Assembly (NCBI GenBank): GCA_963769025.1
Contig: CAVYKI010000010.1
Coordinates: forward strand, 288,001 to 352,000
Length of the DNA stretch: 64,000 nucleotides
From: an uncultured Verrucomicrobiae bacterium
Lineage (GTDB): Bacteria; Verrucomicrobiota; Verrucomicrobiia; Chthoniobacterales; Chthoniobacteraceae
Direction: 5' to 3'
This document shows positions 42,039-51,363 of this stretch, piece after piece. Each line of letters opens with the position of its first letter. The stretch's first letter is position 1. The translations under genes were made by a program, and so were the position numbers. The notes beneath the pieces are model-generated. The model was not told the origin of the DNA, did no database searches, and was given only the letters and a program-made list of their open reading frames with translations.

Positions 42039-42560
42039 TCACTTCTTTTCCTTCAGCAGCTTCTCCGCCTCCGCCTTGGTGATCCTGCTCAACTTCGTCA
42101 CCGGGCGCTCCGGCGACGAGCTTCCGGCCTGCGTCACGTAGTCGTGATTCCATGACAGCAGCACGTGGTCGTCCTTCTGCAGGCCCTTCAGCGTGGCGAG
42201 CAGTTCCGCGGACACCTTCGCGTTTTTCATGTTGTCCTCCACCTGGAAGGTGAAGCCGTGCTGCATCGGGTCCCCGTACTCGCCCGGCTTCCGGTAGAAA
42301 AGATAGCCGGTGATGCTGAACGACGCGAAGTCCCCCGAGTTGCCGCACTTGTCCGGGCACAGCGCCGTCCGGCCCATGCATTGCTGGGAGTTCACCCCGA
42401 CAAAGCGCGCCACGGTCCGGTGCTCGGAAAGCAGCTCCCGCCCGTCCCCCTTCGGCGCGGCAGCCGCCGCACCTGCGCCGACACCGAGCATGCTGAGGGC
42501 GACTGCGATCCCGGCAAAGGCACGGGCACGGGGATTCAGGGGGGCGGATGTGGATGTCAT
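42039..42560 (-). CDS. Secreted Cys-motif hypothetical protein
   Basis: Signal peptide; CMGRTALCPDKCG, YRKPGEYGD, WNHDYVT, SPERPV. Confidence 0.65.
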   Translation of the reverse strand: MTSTSAPLNPRARAFAGIAVALSMLGVGAGAAAAAPKGDGRELLSEHRTVARFVGVNSQQCMGRTALCPDKCGNSGDFASFSITGYLFYRKPGEYGDPMQHGFTFQVEDNMKNAKVSAELLATLKGLQKDDHVLLSWNHDYVTQAGSSSPERPVTKLSRITKAEAEKLLKEKK

Positions 42561-42706
42561 GGGTTTCCCTGCAGAGGACTCCCCTTTCCCAAGCCCGACG
42601 CAAGCCCGCAAACGGCACCCCGTCCAGCCGCACGCCGCCCGCGAGACGGCCGCCGCGTGATGCGGATCCTCCTCGGCCAAGGCACTCCCCTCCCGCTCCG
42701 GCGGCG

Positions 42707-42943
42707 CTACACTCCCGCCGGCTCACACATCGGACGCGTGACGGCTGCGGGGAGTTCGCGGCCCGCGGCATCCAGATCCGCAATCTCCTCGCGCACCAGT
42801 TCGCGCAGCGCGTGATACGTCGCCTCCTCGTCCGCGCCGTGGCACACGCCGCCCCACGGGAAAAGGTCCGGGCAGAACCCCACATAGGCGGCGTCCTCCT
42901 CACTCCAGCGGACAAACTTCAGGTAACGGTCTTCAGCTTTCAT
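42707..42943 (-). CDS. hicB: HicB-family antitoxin (short form)
   Basis: WSEED.AYVG.CPDL, CHG; overlaps the hicA stop. Confidence 0.82.
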   Translation of the reverse strand: MKAEDRYLKFVRWSEEDAAYVGFCPDLFPWGGVCHGADEEATYHALRELVREEIADLDAAGRELPAAVTRPMCEPAGV

Positions 42944-43140
42944 CGGGTCGTTGCGCGGATGGCGTTGCGGACTTGTTTCTCATGGTAATGGTGTGCGTCC
43001 TCGCCGTCTTTTCCACTCAAAATCACAGCCCCCGCGAATTTCGGATGCCGGAATTTGCGATGGGATCCCTTCCCTCCCGGGCTGAGCACAAAGCCCGCTG
43101 ACTCCAAATCAGCGACGAGTTGGCGGATCTTGCGAGGCAT
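42940..43140 (-). CDS. hicA: HicA-family mRNA interferase toxin
   Basis: MPRKIRQL..DL..AGF, GKGSHRKF.HP. Confidence 0.9.
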   Translation of the reverse strand: MPRKIRQLVADLESAGFVLSPGGKGSHRKFRHPKFAGAVILSGKDGEDAHHYHEKQVRNAIRATTR

Positions 43141-43302
43141 GCACTCTCGCTAGCAATCCGGTCCCCGCATGGCAAGCCGCCCCGCGCCCGATGCCCCTCG
43201 CCGCCCTTCGCCTCGCCTGAGGGAAATGTCCATCTGAGCGCCATCGCGCCCCGTTCGCTATTTCCAAACGATACACAGCCACCCCGCGCGCCATCCCGAT
43301 TG

Positions 43303-43977
43303 ATGTGCGTGAACATTACCAAAAGCCTCTTCGCCTCCGCTGCCCTCATGGGCATCTCCTTCATCGCCGCCCCGGCCGCCTTTGCGGATCCCGTGGTGAT
43401 CACGAAAACCGTCACCTCCTCCGGCACCATCAGTGAATTCGGACCCGGCCGCATCGTCATCCGTTCCGAGAGTGAAAAACTGCCGCTCGACTACGCCTTC
43501 ACCAAGACCACCACCTACGTGGACGAGACCGGCGCGCCCGTCTCCGTGGAGACCGTGAAGTCCGGCCTCCCCGTCACCGTCTATTACACCCGCGACGGCG
43601 ACCGCATGATTGCGAGCAAGATCGTCGTCCGCAGGATGGCGCCCCCCGAGGGCGGCCCCATCGTGCAGGAAAAGACGACGACCACCCACACCCACAGCGC
43701 CGGCACCCTCAGCGAGTTCGGACGCGACGCCTTCGAGCTCAGCTCCGCGAATTCCCCCGCCCCGGTCCGCTACGTTTACTCCACGAAGACCGTCTATGTG
43801 GACGAAAACGGCGCGCCTGTCTCCGTCGAGACCGTGAAGTCCGGCCTCCCCGTCACCGTCTATTACACCCGCGACGGCGAGCGGATGAACGCCGTCAAGG
43901 TCATCGTCCACAAGCCCGCCGCTCCCGGGGTGATCATTGAAAAGAAGACCACCACCGTCACCGAGGAAATCAAGTAA
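43303..43977 (+). CDS. Secreted protein with two tandem beta-rich domains
   Basis: Signal peptide; YVDE.GAPVSVETVKSGLPVTVYYTRDG occurs twice; 53-nt identical block at 43549-43601 and 43828-43880. Confidence 0.7.
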   Translation: MCVNITKSLFASAALMGISFIAAPAAFADPVVITKTVTSSGTISEFGPGRIVIRSESEKLPLDYAFTKTTTYVDETGAPVSVETVKSGLPVTVYYTRDGDRMIASKIVVRRMAPPEGGPIVQEKTTTTHTHSAGTLSEFGRDAFELSSANSPAPVRYVYSTKTVYVDENGAPVSVETVKSGLPVTVYYTRDGERMNAVKVIVHKPAAPGVIIEKKTTTVTEEIK

Positions 43978-44007
43978 CCCCGTCCCCCCTTTCCCGGCAT
44001 CATCATC

Positions 44008-44241
44008 ATGAAAATCATCGCCTCATCCCTCCTCGCAGCCACTGCGATCCTCACGTTCTCCTCCTGTGAAACCGTCGTCGTGGAGCCCGCCAGGCCCACC
44101 ACGCGGACTACCACCACGGAGGAAACCATCGTCCGTCGCCCCGGCACCACCTACCAGCCTGCCGCCCCGGCCTACCAACCCGCCGCCCCCTACCAACGCC
44201 CCGGCACCATCACGACGGAGACCGAAGTCCGCCGATACTGA
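44008..44241 (+). CDS. Small Thr/Pro-rich lipoprotein
   Basis: Lipobox-like FSSC after a hydrophobic stretch; YQPAAP repeats. Confidence 0.65.
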   Translation: MKIIASSLLAATAILTFSSCETVVVEPARPTTRTTTTEETIVRRPGTTYQPAAPAYQPAAPYQRPGTITTETEVRRY

Positions 44242-44455
44242 TCCCCCTTCCGGCCCCAGTGCCGGACGCCGTTTGCGACAGCACGGTGATGACCCAGGCA
44301 GCCCCTGACGTCGTCCCCGTGCTTCGCTTTGCCTAGGAGGAGTTGCGCCCCGCCAGGCAATCGCCCCAGCGCCCGGCAGGGGCTCAGCATGGAGAAACCG
44401 CCAAGGTGCCAAGGGAACAAAACCGCAGGCCCTCGGGGTCGTTTGTCGATTGCCA

Positions 44456-44502
44456 CTTCCCGACCTTCCCGACCTTACCGACCTTCCCGACCTGTCGGGA
44501 AA
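44456..44502. repeat. 9-bp tandem repeat (CTTCCCGAC x4) followed by an inverted copy
   Basis: Copies at 44456, 44465, 44474 (one mismatch) and 44483, then GTCGGGAA. Confidence 0.7.
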
Positions 44503-44515
44503 AAAGCGGAGCGCC

Positions 44516-44923
44516 TTAGCGGGACGAAAATTCCTCAGGCGTAAGCACGGAGATTCCTGCAGGGGTGCCAAAGTCGGCCTTGTTCCGCGTGAGAATCACG
44601 TCCGCGCTGCAAGCCTCTGCTGCGCTCACCTGCAGCGCGTCCTCAAGATCGCGCAAGCCGGAAGCCAGTGCGCGCAGCGCATCCGTGTGCGCCACAGGCG
44701 CGACTTCGAAGGCCGCAGGCAAATCCCGCAAGAACTCAACCGTCTTCTCGCCGCCACGATCCTTTCGCAGGATGTAAAACAGATTCGCCACCGTGTGCCA
44801 GGCGATGCGCAGTTCGCATCCCTCCGCCTCGCACCGCACCAGCGCCCGCTGGCTCCCGTCAAACAACCCCGGGCGCCGCAACGCCACATCCAGAATCACG
44901 TTTGTATCCACCAGCACCCGCAC
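44516..44923 (-). CDS. PIN-domain (VapC-like) toxin
   Basis: MRVLVDTNVILD, DLEDALQ..AA, ILTRN..DF. Confidence 0.9.
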   Translation of the reverse strand: MRVLVDTNVILDVALRRPGLFDGSQRALVRCEAEGCELRIAWHTVANLFYILRKDRGGEKTVEFLRDLPAAFEVAPVAHTDALRALASGLRDLEDALQVSAAEACSADVILTRNKADFGTPAGISVLTPEEFSSR

Positions 44924-44925
44924 AG

Positions 44926-45165
44926 CTACTTTGCGTGTTTGCCCAGCAGGTAGGCGAGCCGTGCGTCATCGTTCTCCGCTGTCGGCGACGGGAATGAGCC
45001 CGCCCACTTGTCGATGAATGCGCGAACCGATCCACGCGCTGCTCCGGGCATGGTTGTTCCCGGCAGGAGTGTCAGCAGCCCGGTGCCTTTTTCGGGCAAC
45101 GGCTCCGATCCACGCGCAATCACGCGTCCGTGGTCAATTTCGACTTCGAGCGTCACGAAACTCAT
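44926..45165 (-). CDS. Putative antitoxin of the PIN toxin
   Basis: 79 aa, ends 2 nt before the PIN gene; C-terminal DDARLAYLLGKH. Confidence 0.65.
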   Translation of the reverse strand: MSFVTLEVEIDHGRVIARGSEPLPEKGTGLLTLLPGTTMPGAARGSVRAFIDKWAGSFPSPTAENDDARLAYLLGKHAK

Positions 45166-45338
45166 GCAGCCACCCTAGCCACAACGCACCCAAAGACCAG
45201 CATCCAATTCCCGCCCTTTCGTGCCCCGTAACGCGGACGATCGAAGACAGGTCCCAGCCATTCCTGTCCGCGCCCCCACTCCACACCCCTCCGACCCGCG
45301 GGCACGATTGCCTTGCGCCCGTCTTCGGGCTGCCCGCG

Positions 45339-45860
45339 CTACACCGCCAGCGCCCGCGCCACCCGGCGCGCCGTGCGCGGCCAGTGCTTTGCCGCGAGGT
45401 CGTGCTCCCAGATGCGCAGCACCTTCCAGCCCGCCTTGCGCAGCGCGCGCGTCACCGCCCGGTCCCGCTCCGCGTTGCGCGCCAGCTTCGCCTGCCAGAA
45501 TGCCCGGTTCCCCGCCGGCATCGTCCCGTGCCTCGGGCAGCCGTGCCAGAAACACCCGTCCACGAAGACCGCCACGCGCTCCCGGCGGAAAACGAAATCC
45601 ACCGACACGCGGCGGCTGAGTCGGGATTGGAGCGATGAATGTCGGGAATTCTCCTGTCCGCGCTTCGCGCGCGCTTGCTTCCTCTCAACGCTCAACTTCC
45701 CACTCCCCACGGTCGCGCGCAGCGCCACCTGCCTTCTCCACCCGGTGATGCCATGCGCGCGCATCAGCGCGATCATCCGCAACTCCGTCCCCTTGTTCCC
45801 CCGCCCCCGGATCGCCGCCATCACCGCGCTCCGCTTCGCCTGGGTGAAAATATCGGGCAT
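45339..45860 (-). CDS. vsr: Very short patch repair endonuclease with an internal insertion
   Basis: D.FT.AKRSAVMAAIRGRGNK.TE, DFVF, FVDGCFWHGCP.H, FW..KL.RN.ERD, GWKVLRIWEH. Confidence 0.9.
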   Translation of the reverse strand: MPDIFTQAKRSAVMAAIRGRGNKGTELRMIALMRAHGITGWRRQVALRATVGSGKLSVERKQARAKRGQENSRHSSLQSRLSRRVSVDFVFRRERVAVFVDGCFWHGCPRHGTMPAGNRAFWQAKLARNAERDRAVTRALRKAGWKVLRIWEHDLAAKHWPRTARRVARALAV

Positions 45861-45960
45861 ACGGCAACAGTATCAAAGGCGATCCCCAGGGCGAGTTTCT
45901 CCTCACCGACTACAGATCGTGCACAGTCTGCGCGTCCGCTCACTTCGATGGGTGCAACAT

Positions 45961-46355
45961 TTATCTCTGCTTTGGCCGAGGACCGAAGAACCGATCCCCA
46001 TTGAAATGAATCATGTGATCCGGCTCCTGAGCGATCCATACCTCAGTCTCCCAAGCAATCTCGGGCGCAAATTTCCGGAAAGCGTTCCGATCCAAAAATG
46101 CGGTGACGAAAACCACTGGCAGGTCACATTTTGCGCAGAGACCTTGAAGCGTGATAAGTCGTGCCGCTGAGATGGGACCAAAGCTGTGAACCGCCTCAAT
46201 GAAGAACACCCACCCGCGCTTCTCATCCAAAAGGACGATGTCAGGAAGACTTCCAGAAACATCGAGCACAAGCCCGAGTTCACCGAGTCGCTTCTTGTGC
46301 GAAACGATGGTGCGATTATCCGCATCGCCAAGATAAAGGACCTCGGAGTCAGACG
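45961..46355 (-). pseudogene. BsuBI/PstI-family type II restriction endonuclease, C-terminal fragment cut by IS3
   Basis: EVLYLGDA, LPDIVL, IEAVHS.GPI, FVTAF, IAWETEVW, HMIHFNG.RF.GP; lower GC; 5' part replaced at the IS end. Confidence 0.88.
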
Positions 46356-46427
46356 TGGCCTGCTCCCCGAGAACTGGTCCAGGTGCTATGAGAGTTGGTG
46401 GCGCGAAAGCGCCGGCGAACTCTCACC

Positions 46428-46706
46428 ATGAAACGCAAACGACACACACCTGAAGAGATCATCAAGAAGCTGCGTGAAGCGGCAACGCTGCTGGCCGGAG
46501 GCCAGTGCGTCGAGGAAGTCTGCAAGAAGCTGGAGGTCAGCCCTCCGACCTACCACCGATGGCGGCAGGAATATGGCGGTGCCAAGGAGGAGACCGTCAA
46601 ACGGCTCAAGGAGCTGGAGAAGGAAAACGCGCGGCTCAAGCGGCTGGTGGCCGACCTGTCGCTGGACAAAGCGATCCTCAAGGAGGTAGCGGAGGGAAAA
46701 TGGTAG
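46428..46706 (+). CDS. IS3 transposase OrfA (HTH)
   Basis: MKRKRHTPEEII.KLRE, TYHRWRQEYGG, RLKELEKENARLKRLVADL. Confidence 0.93.
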   Translation: MKRKRHTPEEIIKKLREAATLLAGGQCVEEVCKKLEVSPPTYHRWRQEYGGAKEETVKRLKELEKENARLKRLVADLSLDKAILKEVAEGKW

Positions 46707-47635
46707 GCCCGGAGCGCAAACGAGAAGCCGTGGTGCATGTGCAGCACGAGCTGGAAGTGAGCGAGCGCCGGGCCTGCACCACGATCCGACAGCCACGCAG
46801 CACGCAACGCTACCGTGGTCGCAAGCGCGGCAAGGACGCGGCGCTGGCCGCGGAACTACGACGCATCTCAGCGGCGTATCCGCGTGCAGGTTACCGCATG
46901 GCCGCGGCGCTGCTGCGGCGTGCCGGGATGGAGATCAACGCCAAGCGTGTGCAGCGGCTCTGGCGGCAGGAAGGGCTGCGAGTGCCGCGCCGGCAGCGCA
47001 AACGCCAGCGGCTCGGGAGCAGCGATGGCGGCACGCAGCGTCTGCACGCCGAGCGGGTCAACCATGTCTGGAGCTACGACTTCATCTTTGATGCGACCGA
47101 GGACGGGCGGCGGCTCAAGTGGCTGCCGATTTGCGATGAGTTCAGCCGGGAGCTGGTGGCGCTGGAAGTCGAGCGGCGGATGGAAGCCAAGGATGTGATC
47201 CGCATCCTGGACGAGGCCGTGCTCGCGCGCGGCACGGTGCCGGAATTCATCCGAAGCGACAACGGCCCCGAGTTCATCGCGCAGGCGGTGCAGGACTGGA
47301 TCGCGCGGCGCGGCTTCAAGACGCTCTACATCAAGCCCGGAGCGCCGTGGCAGAACGCCTACAGCGAAAGCTTCAACAGCCGGTTCCGCGACGAGTTTCT
47401 CAACCGAGAAGCCTTCGCGTCCGTGCTGGAGGCAAAAGTGCTCGGCAGGCAGCACCGGCACTGGCACAATGAAGACCGTCCCCATTCCTCGCTGGATGAC
47501 CAGACGCCCGTGGAGTTCGCGCAGCGCAGCCTTGCGGCTGCCTCCGCTACGCTCCGGCAGCCGCAAGGCCGCGCTCCGTCCCCCGAACACCAAACCCACA
47601 ACCAAATACCCGAACCCAAGCAAAAACTCTCATAG
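46700..47635 (+). CDS. IS3 transposase OrfB (DDE integrase core), likely joined to OrfA by a -1 frameshift at GGGAAAATGG
   Basis: GYR, NAKRVQRLW, WSYDF, SDNGPEF, PWQNAYSESFNSRFRDE, RPHSSL. Confidence 0.93.
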   Translation: MVGPERKREAVVHVQHELEVSERRACTTIRQPRSTQRYRGRKRGKDAALAAELRRISAAYPRAGYRMAAALLRRAGMEINAKRVQRLWRQEGLRVPRRQRKRQRLGSSDGGTQRLHAERVNHVWSYDFIFDATEDGRRLKWLPICDEFSRELVALEVERRMEAKDVIRILDEAVLARGTVPEFIRSDNGPEFIAQAVQDWIARRGFKTLYIKPGAPWQNAYSESFNSRFRDEFLNREAFASVLEAKVLGRQHRHWHNEDRPHSSLDDQTPVEFAQRSLAAASATLRQPQGRAPSPEHQTHNQIPEPKQKLS

Positions 47636-47664
47636 CGAGTGGATCAACAATCGGGGGCAGGCCA

Positions 47665-47804
47665 GCATGAACTCGTCGCCGCCGTTGTAGCACTCGCTGA
47701 GATTCAGTCGCTCGTTGGTCGACGGCTTTCTTGCACTCGTGCCAGAGCGAAAGCGCACAGCCGAAAACGGCGGCAGGGTCGGGTTGTTCGGATTCATCAC
47801 TCAT
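47665..47804 (-). pseudogene. Hypothetical gene N-terminus truncated by IS3
   Basis: MSDESEQPDPAAVFGCALSLWHECKK...LNLSECYNGGDEFM reads into the IS right end, with one frameshift. Confidence 0.45.
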
Positions 47805-47842
47805 CGCTTTCCGATAAGGCTCCGACCCGATATTTTCCTGGA

Positions 47843-48635
47843 ATGTCTTCCGGAAAAAATGGACACGCGACGAGTTGCTCGTTGCGCTCAATCTCTACCA
47901 CAAGCTCACGTTCGGGCAGCTTCATGCGCGGCAGCCGGTGATCATGGCGCTCGCGGAAAAGTTCGGACGCGGCGGGAACAGCGTGGCGATGAAGCTGTGC
48001 AACCTTGCGTCGCTCGACCCAGCGCTGAAGCTACGCGGCATCAAGGGGCTCGCGGGCGCGAGCTGCGCTCGACCGGACGGTTTGGACGGAGTTCCATGCC
48101 GATCTCAATGAGACCGTACCTGCCAGTGAGGACGCGCTGCGGGATTATTTGGGGCGGCGCGGACCACGATCTCGAGGTGCTGCCAAGGGAGGCGTTCGGG
48201 TGCGGAGACTTCCACCGTCCGGCCCGACCGAACGTCCGCCAATGTGAAGCTGCGACGGGGACAGGAGTACTTCCGGGATGCGGTGTTGAATAACTTCGGC
48301 GGCCGGTGCGGGGTCGCGGCCTGGGGGTGCGCGAATTGCTCGTCGCCTCCCATATCCTGCCTTGGGGCACGCATCCCGCGGAGCGATTGAACGTCCGCAA
48401 CGGCCTCAGTCTCTCGCGCCTGCATGATGCGGCCTTCGACCGCGGCCTGATCGGGTTCGATGTCAAGTTTCGGTTGCTCCTTTCGCCGCGCCTCAAGACC
48501 GAACTTTCGCAGCGAGCGGTCACTGAAAACTTCGGCGCTTACGCCGGAGAGGCATTGCAGATTCCTGACGATGCCGTCCTTCCCAGCTCCGCATTTCTTG
48601 CAACGCATTGCGCAACTGTTTTCCGGACGCGGTGA
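47843..48635 (+). pseudogene. HNH (putative restriction) endonuclease with multiple frameshifts
   Basis: WTRDELLVALNLY.K..FG, GR..NSVAMKL.N.ASLDP, R.GQEYFRDAVL, ASHILPW, NGL.L..LHD.AFDRGLI pieced together from several frames. Confidence 0.8.
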
Positions 48636-48897
48636 TCTCAGTTTTCCGCGTTTCCTACTGAGCAACACCCACCGCTGAAGGCAAAATCCGATCTCCAACT
48701 TCAGTTTTTGCAATCACCCACTCAATCGTGCTGCTACCGGTGCCAGATTCGGTGCTCCAGCCGGCAAAGGCCGCCTTGCCCGGTGTCGTTTTTTGGCCAG
48801 TTTGGGTGTCTGGACGTTGATGTCGGAGAAATCCGCCGTTTTTCCCCGTTTTTCGGGCATTTTAGACGACGGCAGGGCGGTCTGCTACCCCAAGAAA

Positions 48898-49401
48898 ACC
48901 GTTCTCCTCCGCACGGGAATCGTTTTCCTCCGGAAGGGAATCGTTTTCCACCGGAAGAGAATCGTCTTCCACCGGAAGAGAACCGTTTTCCACCGGAACG
49001 AAACCGTTCTCCACGGCAAGGGAACCATTTTCCTCCACGACGGAATCGTTCAGTTCCGCGACTGGATCGTTCAGTTCCGCGACTGGATCGTTCGGTTCCG
49101 CGACTGGATCGTTCGGTTCCGCGACTGGATCGTTCGGTTCCGCGACTGGATCGTTCGGTTCCGCGACTGGATCGTTCGGTTCCGCGACTGGATCGTTCAG
49201 TTCCGCGACTGGATCGTTCGGTTCCGCGACTGGATCGTTCGGTTCCGCGACTGGGTCGTTCGGTTCCGCGACTGGATCGTTCGGTTCCGCGACTGGATCG
49301 TTCAGTTCCGCGACTGGGTCGTTCAGTTCCGCGACTGGGTCGTTCAGTTCCATGACTGGATCGTTCAGTTCCGCGACCGGGTTGTTCGGTTCCGCGACTG
49401 C
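48898..49401. repeat. 21-bp tandem array: 7 degenerate units plus 17 near-identical units
   Basis: Consensus ATCGTTC(A/G)GTTCCGCGACTGG at 49045-49401; in-phase degenerate units such as ATCGTTTTCCACCGGAAGAGA at 48898-49044. Confidence 0.95.
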
Positions 49402-49488
49402 GGGGAGGTCGATCGCGGACAGGACCGCATCGCGGACAGGATGGGCTGGCGCCTGTCTCCGGTTGTCCGCGTTACGGGGTTGCGCCGG

Positions 49489-49861
49489 CTATGTCATCGA
49501 GTGCAGGCCGATTGTGTTGCCCTCGGTGTCGGTGACGAGGGCGATGTGGCCGTACTGGCCGATGGCGAACTTCGGCTTCACGACCTTGCCGCCCGCGGCC
49601 TCGACCCGGCCGGCGTCGGTCGCGCAGTCCTCGCAGGAAAAATAGACGAGCGTGCCGCCGCCGCCGGACTGGCAGCCGGGCATGTGGATGAGCGCGCCGG
49701 GTGCGCCGTATTTGCCCATCTCCATGGGAAAGGCGCACATGTTGAAGTCGGTGCCGGGGAGCTTCTCGAGCTTCGTGGCAAAGACGGTCTCGTAGAAGGC
49801 CTGTCGCGCGGGCCATGTCTTGGACGTAGATTTCAAACCAGCCGACGGGATTCATGTTCAT
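49489..49861 (-). CDS. VOC/glyoxalase family protein, frameshift near 49805
   Basis: NPVGWFEIYV.D, FYETVF, GGGTLVYF, AIGQYG, DTEGNTIGLHS. Confidence 0.9.
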
Positions 49862-49933
49862 GCGGCGAGGTTTGCGCGCCGCGGCAGCGGGGTCAAGCCG
49901 GTGTCCGGTGTCGGCGGACCGGGGATCCGGCGC

Positions 49934-51351
49934 TCAGCGATCGGCGGGCTGCTTGCGTTTCTTTTTCGGCGGCTCGGTTTCGGCGCTGCCGGGGGCGGCG
50001 GGGATGGGGAGGTAGGCGGCGGTTTCGGTGCGCCAGGCGGCGAGGCGCGCGCGCATGGCTGCAAGGCGGGCGGGCTCGGCGGCGGCGAGGTTGTGGCGCT
50101 CGGAGAGGTCGGCGGTGAGGTCGTAGAGTTCGGCGGTGCCTTCCTCGAAGAACTCGATGAGCTTCCATCCGCCCGCGAGCATGGCGCCGCCGGGCGCCCA
50201 CGTGGAGCCGTGGTAGTGCGGGTAGTGCCAGAAGAGCGCTTCGCGCGCGGGCGCGGGTCCGCCGCGGAGGACGGGGGCGATGCTGATGCCGTCGCGGTGC
50301 TGCTCCGGCCTCGCGGGCAGTCCGGCGAGCGCGAGGAGCGTGGGATACATGTCGGTGCTGATGACGGGCGCATCGGTCACGGCGCCGGGCTTCGTGATGC
50401 CGGGGGCGCGGACGATGAGGGGCACGCGGATGCCGCCTTCGTAGAGCCAGCCTTTGCCGGCGCGCAGCGGTTCGTTCGAGGCGGGGCCGGGCTCGGCCTT
50501 TGTCGAGAGGCCGCCGTTGTCGGAGAAAAAGATCACGATCGTGTTTTCGGCGAGGCCGCTTTTGTCGAGCTTCTCCAGGAGGCTGCCGACGAATGCATCC
50601 AGCCCGGCGACCTCGGAGCCATAGGGGGCGTCGTTTTGCACGGTGCGCGTCTGGCCGTCGCGCTCGGTGCGGGGCGCGGGGCCGGGCGGGAGCTTCGCGG
50701 CCTTGTCGCGGAATTTCGCGATGTGGTCGGGATACTCGAGGATGGGCGTGTGCGGCTCGTGGTAGCCGAGGAACATGAAGAAGGGGCGCGCGGCGTCGCG
50801 CTCATCGAGGAACTTCAGCGCCGACTCGGTGAGCCTTTTGCCGACCTGCCAGTCCTTGCCCTTGTTGCCGAGCTGCGCGTCGGGGATCTCGATTTCAAAG
50901 CCCTGGTCTGCGGCCCGAAGCCGCGCCCGCCGAGGTGCCATTTGCCGGAATAGAAGGTCTGGTAGCCGCCTTCCTTCATCGCCTCGCCGATGGTGAATTC
51001 CCCGAGCGCGAGCTCCGTCTTCGTCGGTCGCGTGACGAGCTTGCGGCCGGTGCCCGGCAGCCCGGGGATGTAATCCGTGACGCCGGTGCGCACGGGGTAT
51101 TTGCCCGTCATGATGCTGCTGCGCGTGGGCGAGCACACGGCGCCCGCGGTGTAGGCCTGCGTGAAGCGCACGCCCTGCCGGGCGAGCGCGTCGATGTGCG
51201 GCGTTTCATCGAAAGGCGCGCCGTAGCAGCCGAGGTCGCGCCAGCCGAGATCGTCGGCGAGGATGAAGAGGATGTTCGGCTTTGCGGCCGATGCCGGATC
51301 GGCGAAGCCGAATGCCGCGAGGAGGAGGGCGAGCCGGACGAGCGCTTTCAT
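49934..51351 (-). CDS. Sulfatase, frameshift near 50910
   Basis: PNILFILADDLGW, CSPTR, GKWHLG; second frame SDNGG, GKGWLYEGGIRVP, FWHYPHY. Confidence 0.9.
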
Positions 51352-51363
51352 GGATGGCGGGGA

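Larger units (their letters stand above)
46356..47664 (+). mobile_element. IS3-family insertion sequence
   Basis: Terminal IRs TGGCCTGCTCCCCGA...TCCA and (reverse complement) TGGCCTGCCCCCGA...TCCA with TG...CA ends; overlapping orfA and orfB. Confidence 0.95.

Noticed and set aside
43549..43880. DGR template/variable repeat pair
   Set aside because: The shared block is identical rather than adenine-mutated, both copies are in one ORF, and no reverse transcriptase is present
49045..49401. CRISPR array
   Set aside because: Units are head-to-tail with no unique spacers and no cas genes are present in the window
48793..50118. 441-aa ORF spanning the array as a real gene
   Set aside because: Its 3' half is the antisense shadow of the VOC and sulfatase genes, and it has no clear RBS; only the repeat part is kept as an open question
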